Positions 1 through 7,967 are shown, counted from the first letter of the stretch. The stretch: 18,864 nucleotides of DNA from Candidatus Pacearchaeota archaeon CG06_land_8_20_14_3_00_35_12 (GCA_002780285.1 PEVX01000011.1:1-18864); one strand, 5' to 3'. Notes: generated by a model not told the origin, from the letters alone. Translations and numbers: made by a program.

Positions 1-1
1 C

Positions 2-739
2 AAAGATGTTGATGCTGATGGCTGTCTTGAGTTAGGAGAAATTATTGCCTGTGGAACAAATGAAAAATGTGAAAATGATGCTTGTGTTGCAAAATGCGTT
101 GATGCGTGTGTTCTTGGAACAAAAACCTGTTCAGCTAATAATATCAATGAATGTGTTTTAGGCAGTGAGGGTTGTAGTATATGGAGAACAACTTCTTGCG
201 AAACAGGAAAAAAATGCATTAATGGTGTTTGCGTTCCTGAAGAATGTGTTCCAGAATGGATTTGCGGGGCTTGGAGTGAATGTGTTGACGGCATAGCAGG
301 AACTAAGACAAGAACCTGCGAAGAAAAATGCTCTAAAGCAACTAAAATTGAAACTGCGGCTTGTGCTGATGTAAAAGAGTTTATTGAAGAACAAATTCCA
401 ACACCAGAGCCATTTATTGCTCCCTTGTCAGATGAGGTAAGAGAGATTTATGTTACAAGCAGAACAACAAGCGGTGGGAGAATTTATACTATTTCAGATG
501 CCAAAACCGGCCAAGAGGTTGCTCAAATTGATATTGATTATAAAAAATTAACTGCAGATCTATCAATGAAAGTTTTGCCTTCTGTTGGTCTGCCAAGTAT
601 TGAAATGCCAAAAGCAGGAATTAAGATGACAGCATATCTTATTTTTGCAATTTTAGCGATATCTGTTTTAATAGTCTATATAGCGGGATTATGGAAATTC
701 TTGCCTAAGGCAAAAATTTTAAAAAAAAAAAATAAGTGA
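2..739 (+). CDS. Cysteine-rich secreted/surface protein, C-terminal part (5' end outside window), with C-terminal transmembrane anchor
   Basis: Frame 2 is open from the window edge to TGA 737-739, so the ORF-track start at 425 is only an internal TTG. The translation KDVDADGCLELGEIIACGTNEKCENDACVAKCVDACVLGTKTC...CVPEWICGAWSECVDGIAGTKTRTCEEKC has 18 Cys in the first 121 residues. The C terminus has a hydrophobic segment MTAYLIFAILAISVLIVYIAGLW followed by a basic tail KFLPKAKILKKKNK. Confidence 0.6.
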   Translation, partial: KDVDADGCLELGEIIACGTNEKCENDACVAKCVDACVLGTKTCSANNINECVLGSEGCSIWRTTSCETGKKCINGVCVPEECVPEWICGAWSECVDGIAGTKTRTCEEKCSKATKIETAACADVKEFIEEQIPTPEPFIAPLSDEVREIYVTSRTTSGGRIYTISDAKTGQEVAQIDIDYKKLTADLSMKVLPSVGLPSIEMPKAGIKMTAYLIFAILAISVLIVYIAGLWKFLPKAKILKKKNK

Positions 740-795
740 AAAAGGACTAGAAAATATTATTTTTGAAAAAAGAGGATTTAAAAGATAATTTAAAA

Positions 796-1446
796 ATGGA
801 TGGTGAAAAAGGACTAGAGGATATTGTGATTGAAAGAAAGATTTCTATTAAAAAAATCAAAAAACCACAAAAAAAGCTGAAGCTGCTTAAACCTCAAAAA
901 ATTTATTTTAAAAAAGAACTGCCTAAAGAAAAAAACAAAATTAAAAATCATGAGCTCGAACTGCCTTCAATTCCAAAAGTAATTTTAAAAAATCTTCAAA
1001 TTGAGGAGTTCAAAAAACAAAAGGAGCGCGAGCTGGCAAAAAAAAGACAGCAAATTGAAACAGCTCATATAAAACCCATCGCAATGCTTGAAAGGCCAAT
1101 CTCTAAAGTGCAATTCCCAGAAGTAATAATCCCTGCGCAAGCAAAACCGGATGAATTGATTAAACATCGCCATAAATTAAACCAATTGCATAAAAAAATT
1201 CTTAAAGCCCATAAAAAATCCCAGGAATTGCTTCTTAAATTGCAGAGGCGGCATGGCAAGAAAACACATAAAAAACAAAAACATCCTAAGAACAAAAAAG
1301 CTTTTTTTAAAAAATCAAAACCCGAGTTTTTCAGGAATGTCATAGAAGAACCAATTGAAACTCCCGCAGTAGCAAAACCTCCCGCGAAGAACAAGTTTGA
1401 ATCAGAGATTGAGCGAATAAGAGAGCGTATTTCAAAGCTTGAGTAA
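796..1446 (+). CDS. Lysine-rich, highly basic hypothetical protein (no TM segment)
   Basis: The ORF is in frame 1. The track start 763 is TTG and the first ATG is at 796 (MDGEKGLEDIVIERK...). There are long K/Q/E-rich runs (KKIKKPQKKLKLLKPQK, HGKKTHKKQKHPKNKKAFFKKSK). The stop TAA 1444-1446 lies 7 nt before the next ATG. The low-complexity composition makes coding status less secure. Confidence 0.45.
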   Translation: MDGEKGLEDIVIERKISIKKIKKPQKKLKLLKPQKIYFKKELPKEKNKIKNHELELPSIPKVILKNLQIEEFKKQKERELAKKRQQIETAHIKPIAMLERPISKVQFPEVIIPAQAKPDELIKHRHKLNQLHKKILKAHKKSQELLLKLQRRHGKKTHKKQKHPKNKKAFFKKSKPEFFRNVIEEPIETPAVAKPPAKNKFESEIERIRERISKLE

Positions 1447-1453
1447 ATTTAAA

Positions 1454-3388
1454 ATGAATAAGTTCTTTTTTTTCATTCTTTTATCCTCCTTTTTTTTAAT
1501 TTTAAATTTTCAAATCACAGCTTCTGCTGTTCAAAAAGAAGATTTTTTTTCATATAATCTTTTAACTCTGAATTGGTCATTGCAAAATCAAATTTCATCT
1601 CAGGCTGATAGACTTACAGCAATTTTGAATTTGTATCCAAGAAATGATTCTCAACATAGCCAGATTGTTTATTTGAACATGACATCAATTCCTGTTTCAG
1701 AAATTGATAAAAATAATAATCTTAGTTTTAAATGGGAAACTCAAGCAAAAGGAAATCTTTTAATTGATGTAGATGGCATTATTTTGAAGAATTTTTCATT
1801 GCAGCAAATTTATTCTAAAATAAAATATCCTGAAAACGTTCCTTCTGACATTGAAGTTTATATAGAACCCTCAACTTTTGCAGATTCAGATAATCAATAT
1901 ATAAAATTAAAAGCCCAGGAAATTCTTGCATCTTCCGATACTGATGATTTGCTTGAAATTGTGCATAGTGTAGCGAGATATGTGTCTGAAAATACAGAAT
2001 ATGATTATTCTTATTTTTCAGAAATAAAACCTGCAAGTTGGGTTTTGCAGAATAAACGAGGTGTTTGTGATGAATATACAAATTTGTTTATTGCATTATG
2101 CCGAGCATTAGACATTCCAGCACGATATGTTTCAGGAGTCGCTTTTTCCAATATTAATGACAGTTTTGAAGAACATGCCTGGGCTGAAGTTTATGTAAAT
2201 GGTAACTGGTTGCCTTATGATGCGACATTTGAGCAATATGGCTGGGTTGATGCTACGCACATAGTTTACGATAATTATGTAGATGCAAAATCCGCTTCGA
2301 CAGCTATCTCTTATTCATATATTGGCGGAGCAATTTCAACATCAACACCAATAGTAGATACTTCTATCCTTACTTATGGACAAAAATTACAATCCTTAAC
2401 AGAAATTTCTATTATTTTGCCAGTAAATAAAACTGGATTTAATTCTTATCTTCCTCTTGAGGTCAATATCAGAAATTTGCAGCCTTATTATCTTTCTATT
2501 CCCGTTGTTCTAGGAATTGCCCCGGGAGTATATGGAAGAACTTCTGAAAATGTTTTTTTAAAACCATTTTCTGAAGAAAAAGCCACTTTCATCATAAATA
2601 TCCCAGATGTTTCAACAATGCCTCAATGCAGATTTAATGGCTGTGAAAGCCTGATTGGCATTAAAACAATTTTTGGGGATAATGTAACAAGCAAGATTAT
2701 AATTTCAAGCGATTATTCATCATTATCTTTGGCTCAGGCACAGGAAATGCTAAAAGGAAAAAGTGAAGAAGAAATAGCTTCTCAGGTTATTTCATGTATT
2801 GCTGATAAACAGATATATTATTCTAATGAGAATATCTCTATTCTATGTAGTATCAACACAAATGATGAATTAAAAATTTGCTTGAAAGAGGACTGCAAAT
2901 CAGCAAATTCTCAGATAAAACAGCTTTCTTTTTTAACAAGCGCGGCAAATGAAAATGGCTCTTTCAATATTATTGCTAAAAAACTAAATGGGGATGTTAC
3001 TGCCTTTTCTTTAATTTCTGTAAAAATAAGTTCAATTCCTGTTTTGCAGATAAAATCTCTTGAAAACCCCGCTAAGATTAGATATGGTGAAGATACATAT
3101 GTTAATTTGACTGTAGAATCTTCTCAGATTATTGATGCAATAGTCACAATTAAAAATAAAGGTAATGCTTCAGTTAAATTTTTGCAGGGTTTAAATAAAG
3201 TCCAGGTTCCTTTTTCATCCTTAAAACTTGGCTATGGTAATAAAAGTCTTGAAATCAAAATAAGTTTTAAAGACAAAAATGGCCAGGAATATTCTGTAAA
3301 AGATTTTGCAGAATTTGAAATTCAGGATATTGGCTTTTTTGACAAGATATTGGTGTGGCTAAAAGCACTGCTAACTTTTTCTTTTTGA
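1454..3388 (+). CDS. Secreted/surface transglutaminase-like (Cys-His-Asp) domain protein
   Basis: ATG 1454 (the track start 1439 is TTG) gives a signal-like N terminus MNKFFFFILLSSFFLILNFQITASA. The core RGVCDEYTNLFIALCRALDIPARYVSG ... EEHAWAEVYVNGNWLPYDAT matches the order and spacing of the transglutaminase-like cysteine protease triad. A long C-terminal region follows, ending in a short hydrophobic tail. Confidence 0.8.
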   Translation: MNKFFFFILLSSFFLILNFQITASAVQKEDFFSYNLLTLNWSLQNQISSQADRLTAILNLYPRNDSQHSQIVYLNMTSIPVSEIDKNNNLSFKWETQAKGNLLIDVDGIILKNFSLQQIYSKIKYPENVPSDIEVYIEPSTFADSDNQYIKLKAQEILASSDTDDLLEIVHSVARYVSENTEYDYSYFSEIKPASWVLQNKRGVCDEYTNLFIALCRALDIPARYVSGVAFSNINDSFEEHAWAEVYVNGNWLPYDATFEQYGWVDATHIVYDNYVDAKSASTAISYSYIGGAISTSTPIVDTSILTYGQKLQSLTEISIILPVNKTGFNSYLPLEVNIRNLQPYYLSIPVVLGIAPGVYGRTSENVFLKPFSEEKATFIINIPDVSTMPQCRFNGCESLIGIKTIFGDNVTSKIIISSDYSSLSLAQAQEMLKGKSEEEIASQVISCIADKQIYYSNENISILCSINTNDELKICLKEDCKSANSQIKQLSFLTSAANENGSFNIIAKKLNGDVTAFSLISVKISSIPVLQIKSLENPAKIRYGEDTYVNLTVESSQIIDAIVTIKNKGNASVKFLQGLNKVQVPFSSLKLGYGNKSLEIKISFKDKNGQEYSVKDFAEFEIQDIGFFDKILVWLKALLTFSF

Positions 3389-3390
3389 AT

Positions 3391-3517
3391 AATCCTCTGC
3401 ATCTATGGGCCTAGGAGTCCTTGAAAACCTTCTGATTTTCGGGAACCTGAAAATTCTATGAATTTTCTTGTGATTCGAACCCCCTCTTCGAATCCTCTGC
3501 ATCTATGGGCCTAGGAG
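3391..3517. repeat. Perfect 27-bp direct repeat pair (3391-3417 and 3491-3517) covering the tRNA-Arg 3' end plus 15 nt of 3' flank; extra 13-bp T-arm copy at 3472-3484
   Basis: aatcctctgcatctatgggcctaggag occurs at 3391-3417 and 3491-3517, exactly 100 bp apart. gattcgaaccccc occurs at 3472-3484 and, inside the tRNA, at 3518-3530. Confidence 0.9.
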
Positions 3518-3577
3518 GATTCGAACCCCCATTAACCGGTCCGAAGCCGGTTGTGCTATCCGTTACACCATAGGCCC
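3506..3577 (-). tRNA. tRNA-Arg (anticodon UCG)
   Basis: The minus-strand read GGGCCTA TG GTGT AACGGATA GCAC A ACCGG CTTCGGA CCGGT TAAT GGGGG TTCGAAT CCTCC TAGGCCC A folds as a cloverleaf. It has a 7-bp acceptor stem, 4-bp D stem and 5-bp anticodon stem with loop CU-UCG-GA. The 5-bp T stem (one GU pair) carries a TTCGAAT loop, the discriminator is A, and no CCA is encoded. Confidence 0.85.
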
Positions 3578-3599
3578 TTGTGAAAGAAAAATCCAAAGT

Positions 3600-3609
3600 T
3601 ATTTAAAAA
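3600..3609. promoter_or_regulatory. TATA-like box shared by divergent tRNA-Arg and the plsY-fusion gene
   Basis: Minus-strand TTTAAATA (3600-3607) is centred 26.5 nt upstream of tRNA position 1 (3577). The same AT box read on the plus strand (ATTTAAAAA) lies about 38 nt upstream of ATG 3643, with GAGG at 3636-3639 in between. Confidence 0.45.
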
Positions 3610-3642
3610 GTTATTGAGTTTCAACAATGTAAAAAGAGGAAC

Positions 3643-4863
3643 ATGCAGTCAATTATCTTTGCAATAGTAATCGGATATCTACTTGGAAGTATAAATCCCG
3701 CGTTTATTCTAGGAGAAATTTTAAGGGGGGTGGATATAAGGAAAAAAGGAACTCAAAATGCGGGGGCAATGAATGCATTTAAGACTCTTGGCTTTTTCCC
3801 AGGAATTGTAACTCTATTTTATGATCTTGGAAAAGGAGTTTTTGCGATGTTAATAGTATATTGGTCATTTTATGGAAGCCTTCAACATTTTGAAACAAAC
3901 ATACTCTTCTTAATTCCAGCCTATATCGCAGGGCTTTCTGCAATTGTAGGCCATAATTGGCCTTTTTATCTAAAGTTCAAAGGAGGAAAAGGCGCTGCAA
4001 CTACCAGCGGATTGCTTTTATTTTTAATGACGCTCCTTTCAATAAAAACAGCTCCAAATGTATGGCCTATTTTTATTGTTGTCTGCATTATTGAATTGTT
4101 AATCTTCATTATCTTCAAGGATTTATCGATTCTTGGATTTTCAGCAGCGCCTTTGCTTCTATTGCTTACAATAAAATATTGTCCTTTCTCAATTCTTAGA
4201 ATTTTTTTAATTATTGTCATTTCAATAATTATTTGGCTCTCTTTGCTGCGTCTTACTGAGATTAAACATAAAAAAATAGAGATAAAATTCTGGAGAAAAA
4301 TACTAAGACTTGCAGCAATAATCTTTCTAATATTTTATTTCTTCTTTTCAAAGACACAGACTCTGTTGTTTGCAGGAATTGTTCTTTGCATTATTTTAAT
4401 TCCTGAAATTGTAAGATTGACAGCCCCAAAAGCAATCCTTTCAAAATTTTGGCAGAGAATATTTTTCAAGAAAAATGAAGAAAAAATGAAAATCTCGGCA
4501 ATAACCTGGTTTTTAATAAGCACTTTTCTGATTATTCTACTGTTTGAGAAAAACATTGCTATTGCAGCAATTTTGATAATGCTTTTTGGAGACCTGGCAG
4601 CAGGAATTTTTGGCAGGCTTTTCGGAAAGCATGTTCTCGTTAAAGAAACAGGAAAAACCCTAGAAGGAAGCATTGCTTTTTTCTGGGCATGCTTAGTATC
4701 GAGCTTGGTTCTAACATATTTTATAAATATTAATATCTATTTACTGTTAATAGCATCACTTTTTGCAGCCTTAGCAGAACTTTATTCCTGCGAAATTGAT
4801 GATAATCTGACAGTAGGCATAATTGCAGCTCTTGCAATGACTGCTTTCAGAAATTTCATTTAA
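3643..4863 (+). CDS. Integral membrane fusion protein: N-terminal PlsY-like glycerol-3-phosphate acyltransferase domain + C-terminal CdsA/dolichol(polyprenol)-kinase-like CTP-transferase-family domain
   Basis: Residues 1-205 show GSINPAFILGEILRGVDIRKKGTQNAGAMNAFKTLG, DLGKGV and GHNWPFYLKFKGGKGAATTSG, which are the PlsY family motifs. Residues 215-406 show LFGDLAAGIFGRLFGKHVLVKETGKTLEGSIAFF and a later EIDDN, the GD..A..G...G....KT.EGS pattern of the phosphatidate cytidylyltransferase / dolichol kinase / phytol kinase superfamily. It is a single uninterrupted 406-aa ORF. Confidence 0.7.
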   Translation: MQSIIFAIVIGYLLGSINPAFILGEILRGVDIRKKGTQNAGAMNAFKTLGFFPGIVTLFYDLGKGVFAMLIVYWSFYGSLQHFETNILFLIPAYIAGLSAIVGHNWPFYLKFKGGKGAATTSGLLLFLMTLLSIKTAPNVWPIFIVVCIIELLIFIIFKDLSILGFSAAPLLLLLTIKYCPFSILRIFLIIVISIIIWLSLLRLTEIKHKKIEIKFWRKILRLAAIIFLIFYFFFSKTQTLLFAGIVLCIILIPEIVRLTAPKAILSKFWQRIFFKKNEEKMKISAITWFLISTFLIILLFEKNIAIAAILIMLFGDLAAGIFGRLFGKHVLVKETGKTLEGSIAFFWACLVSSLVLTYFININIYLLLIASLFAALAELYSCEIDDNLTVGIIAALAMTAFRNFI

Positions 4864-4865
4864 AA

Positions 4866-6002
4866 ATGGTGATGAAAAAATACACTCTGCCTTTTTTTGA
4901 AGCATTGACAACTTTAGTGGGAACTGTTATCGGAGCAGGAGTTCTTGGAATACCTTATGTTGTTGCAAAAGCAGGCTTTGTAAATGGTATGATAACTATT
5001 ATCGGCTTGGGGCTTGCAATTCTGCTTCTTAATCTATATGTTGGGGAAATTTCATTAAGGACAAAAGGAACGCATCAACTTGTTGGATATGCTGAAAGAT
5101 ATTTGGGAAAGAAAGCAAAACTCATTTTGATGCTGAGTTTTACTTTTGGAACTCTTGGGGCTTTGCTTGCTTACATGATTGGAACAGGGCAGGCACTTGC
5201 GGCAATTTTTAGCGGAAATGCTTTGTATTTTAGCTTGGGTTTTTTTATCATTGCCTCAATATTTATTTATTTTGACTTAAAATCAATAAAAATGCCTGAA
5301 CTTGTTCTTGTTTTCTTTAAAATGTTTATTGTAATTTTTCTCTGTTTGATTATCTTCCCACATATAAAATTGCAGAATTACGCTGCTTTTAATCCAGCAA
5401 ACATATTTTTGCCTTATGGTGTTGTTCTTTTTGCATTTCTTGGAGCAGGCGCAATTCCTGAAATGCGCATAGAGCTTGAGAGAAACAAGGATAAGCTGAA
5501 AAAGGCGATAATCTGGGGGAGTGTTATCCCAATAATCATTTACGCAGTTTTTGCTTTTGCTATAGTTGGATTGACAGGACAAAAAACCGCAGAAATCGCG
5601 ACTTTAAGTTTACAAGTTCTTGGAGAAAAAATGTTTATTCTTGGAAATATTTTTGCTGTTCTCGCAATGGCAACATCTTTTTTGATTTTGGGGCTTGCCC
5701 TGAAATGGATGTTTCATTATGACTATCACATTCCTAAAAAATTAGCGTGGTTCTTGGTTTTTATTATTCCATTAATTGCTTTTTTTGCAGGCGCACGTTC
5801 ATTTATCGGAGTTATCGGTTTTGTCGGCGCGATTACGGGAGGAATTGATGGAATAATTATCATGCTAATGGCAAAAGCTGCAAAGCATCGCGGGCAAAGA
5901 AAGCCAGAATATTCAATCCCAATAAATTGGTGGATAATTATTTTATTAATTGCATTATTTATTTTGGGGATAGTTTATCAGTTTTTCAAGTTTAGCCTTT
6001 AA
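4866..6002 (+). CDS. Amino acid permease (aromatic amino acid / Aa_trans-like transporter family)
   Basis: The 378-aa polytopic membrane protein has the N-terminal motif FEALTTLVGTVIGAGVLGIPYVVAKAGF, typical of TnaB/Mtr/TyrP-like and Aa_trans permeases. It starts 2 nt after the upstream stop, so it is probably co-transcribed. Confidence 0.7.
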   Translation: MVMKKYTLPFFEALTTLVGTVIGAGVLGIPYVVAKAGFVNGMITIIGLGLAILLLNLYVGEISLRTKGTHQLVGYAERYLGKKAKLILMLSFTFGTLGALLAYMIGTGQALAAIFSGNALYFSLGFFIIASIFIYFDLKSIKMPELVLVFFKMFIVIFLCLIIFPHIKLQNYAAFNPANIFLPYGVVLFAFLGAGAIPEMRIELERNKDKLKKAIIWGSVIPIIIYAVFAFAIVGLTGQKTAEIATLSLQVLGEKMFILGNIFAVLAMATSFLILGLALKWMFHYDYHIPKKLAWFLVFIIPLIAFFAGARSFIGVIGFVGAITGGIDGIIIMLMAKAAKHRGQRKPEYSIPINWWIIILLIALFILGIVYQFFKFSL

Positions 6003-7386
6003 GCATTTCTTTCAAAACCTCATAAACAATCTTGGGGTTTGCTCTTCTTTGGGTTTTTTCAATGACTCTTCCAATCAAGAATTTTAGAGCTTCTTGTTTT
6101 CCTGATTTATAGTCATCGACAGCCTGTTTATTTTCTTTCAGAACTTTCTCGCAAATCCCAGTTATTTCTTTTTTGCCTTCAATGATTGAAGCTTTTTTCA
6201 TTTTTTCAGCTGGCGGGAATGATTTTGGTATAAACTCATTGAGAATTTGTTTTGCAACAAGTTCTGTAATTTTTTTCTTTTCTACCATCTCAAGCAATTC
6301 AATAAAATGCTCTGGTTTAATATCAACTTGTTTCAATTCTTTCTTATTCCAATTTAATATCCTAAGAAGCTCTATTGTAACCCATCTCGCGGCAGTTTCA
6401 GCATTTATCTTAGAAGTGATTTTTTCAAAGAAATTTGCAAGCTCCAAGTTACTTGAAAGAACTGCTGCAGAATCTTCATCAATTTTATATCTTTTGATGA
6501 ATCTTTCAATTTTAAGATGTGGCAATTCTGGCAGGGTTTTTTCAGTTTTGTCTATTTCTTCTTGTTTAATCTGAATCACTGGCAAATCTGGGTCAGGAAT
6601 GAATCTATAATCTTCTGCGATTTCTTTTTCTCGCATCAGGATTGTTACATTTTTTGTCTCATCAAAAGCTCTTGTTTCCATTCTCACCCTGACGTTTTTT
6701 TCTAACAATTCGGCCTGTCTTAAAATTTCATAATTTATTGCTTTTTCAATTGCAGAAATGCTGTTCAAATTTTTTATTTCAACACGCTCGCCCTGTTTTC
6801 CTGCAATATTTATGCTGATGTTTATGTCTGCCTTTATTCCCGCATCGCTATTTAATGCATTTATGTAGCTCATTGCAAGAACAAGTTTATTCAGCCATTT
6901 TGAAACCTGTTTTGAATCTGAAAAATCAGGCTCTGTTACAATCTCAACCAAAGGCAATCCTGAACGGTTATAATCAATATTTCCTGTATCTGGATTCCAT
7001 TGAGCCGGGTCTTCTTCAAGATGAACTTCGCGAATCTTTATTCCAAGATATTCTCCGTTTTCGCCTACCGGAACTGAATAAGCCCCAGACATTGTGTCCT
7101 GATATCCTTTTGGCAAGTCAGGCCAGTCATAATGCTTCCTTTGCCATACAATTTTTTTTAGATTAATTCTGCATTTAAGCATCAATGCAATTGCCGTTAT
7201 TTTTTTCAAGGCTTCGGAGTTTGGAAGCATTGGCTTGCTTCCTGGCTGTCCAGTGCATATTGGGCAGATATTTGTATTTGGAACAGCTTCTTTGTAATTA
7301 GTCGCGCACCTGCAAAAAAGCTTTTCTTTGGTAATAAGATAGCCATGAATTTCAATTCCTATTTTTGACTTTATTTTATCTGCCAT
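5992..7386 (-). CDS. gatB: Aspartyl/glutamyl-tRNA(Asn/Gln) amidotransferase subunit B
   Basis: Motifs are IGIEIHGYL..KLFCRC, NTNICPICTGQPGSKP, QRKHYDWPDLPKGYQDT and HLEEDPAQ, plus a C-terminal YqeY-like tail (DDYKSGKQEALKFLIGRVIEKTQRRANPK). Confidence 0.9.
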   Translation of the reverse strand: MADKIKSKIGIEIHGYLITKEKLFCRCATNYKEAVPNTNICPICTGQPGSKPMLPNSEALKKITAIALMLKCRINLKKIVWQRKHYDWPDLPKGYQDTMSGAYSVPVGENGEYLGIKIREVHLEEDPAQWNPDTGNIDYNRSGLPLVEIVTEPDFSDSKQVSKWLNKLVLAMSYINALNSDAGIKADINISINIAGKQGERVEIKNLNSISAIEKAINYEILRQAELLEKNVRVRMETRAFDETKNVTILMREKEIAEDYRFIPDPDLPVIQIKQEEIDKTEKTLPELPHLKIERFIKRYKIDEDSAAVLSSNLELANFFEKITSKINAETAARWVTIELLRILNWNKKELKQVDIKPEHFIELLEMVEKKKITELVAKQILNEFIPKSFPPAEKMKKASIIEGKKEITGICEKVLKENKQAVDDYKSGKQEALKFLIGRVIEKTQRRANPKIVYEVLKEMLKG

Positions 7387-7387
7387 T

Positions 7388-7957
7388 TTATTTGTTCTTA
7401 ATCAGGTTTTCCAACCTTTTAATTTTTTTTCTTGTAAGTAAAAGTTTATTGTTTGCTTCTGAGACTAAAATCTTCAGATAAGTTTCAGTAATTATTATTT
7501 TGCTATTAATAGCAACGGGAGTTGCAAGCTGCTCAACAGAAACAAGCTCTACAATCATCTTGTTCTTGCTTGCAATGATTCCTGATTTTTTCCAACCGCA
7601 TTCTCTTGCAACATTCACAAGCTCTTGTGCTTTTACAATCGATGAGCATGAAACATGCAAAATTGCAGGTTCATGCTTGAAGTAAATTGTTTCATTCGTT
7701 TTTTTGACTGTGTTTTCAAGAGCATTTTTAATTTTATTGAAATTTACAGTTTCATGACTTCTGAATAAAAAAGCAGCCTTTTGCTTCTTGCCTTTTTCTT
7801 TTATTAAGATTATCCTTCCAGCGCAGGAACTTGTTGTATAATAATTTTCAAGCAAGTTTATTGCCTTAATCAAAGGTAAAATTGCTTTATCTGTCTCGCC
7901 TGCAGATGATTTGTCAGGCTTTGCAAGAAATTGTTTTTTTTCATTCAGAAAGCTCAT
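7388..7957 (-). CDS. taw3: tRNA wyosine-derivative methyltransferase Taw3/TYW3-like protein
   Basis: The 189-aa protein carries YYTTSSCAGRIILI (TYW3 S-S-C-x-G-R motif) and FKHEPAILHVSC (EP.ILHV motif). It starts 10 nt after the upstream gene and ends 1 nt before gatB. Confidence 0.7.
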   Translation of the reverse strand: MSFLNEKKQFLAKPDKSSAGETDKAILPLIKAINLLENYYTTSSCAGRIILIKEKGKKQKAAFLFRSHETVNFNKIKNALENTVKKTNETIYFKHEPAILHVSCSSIVKAQELVNVARECGWKKSGIIASKNKMIVELVSVEQLATPVAINSKIIITETYLKILVSEANNKLLLTRKKIKRLENLIKNK

Positions 7958-7967
7958 TTTTTATCCA

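Noticed and set aside
158-394. 78-aa minus-strand ORF
   Set aside because: It is antisense to the Cys-rich gene and has a low-complexity F/S/C-rich translation with no motif. It is a shadow ORF.
425-739. The ORF-track 104-aa ORF treated as a stand-alone gene starting at 425
   Set aside because: The codon at 425 is TTG and the same frame is open back to the window edge with a coherent Cys-rich translation. It is the C-terminal end of a larger gene (2-739).
721-796. Possible frameshift at the A12 tract fusing the surface protein to the Lys-rich ORF
   Set aside because: Shifting to frame 1 hits TAA immediately. Shifting to frame 3 adds only about 17 codons before TAA. Frame 1 also has TAG at 748-750, so no fusion is possible.
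985-1394. Minus-strand ORFs of 62 and 109 aa
   Set aside because: They are antisense to the A-rich Lys-rich gene. Their F/L/C-rich translations are the expected complement of poly-Lys codons.
3418-3471. The 54-nt insert in the second T-arm copy read as an archaeal tRNA intron, or the region read as a second tRNA or split-tRNA half
   Set aside because: Only 22 nt separate the tRNA 3' end from the second T-arm copy, so there is no room for a 5' half. I also could not draw a bulge-helix-bulge motif at the junctions by hand. The idea is kept only as an alternative within the duplication finding.
6173-7166. Plus-strand ORFs (133, 62 and 103 aa) inside gatB
   Set aside because: They are antisense to a gene with unambiguous GatB motifs. 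Their translations are low-complexity and carry no motifs.
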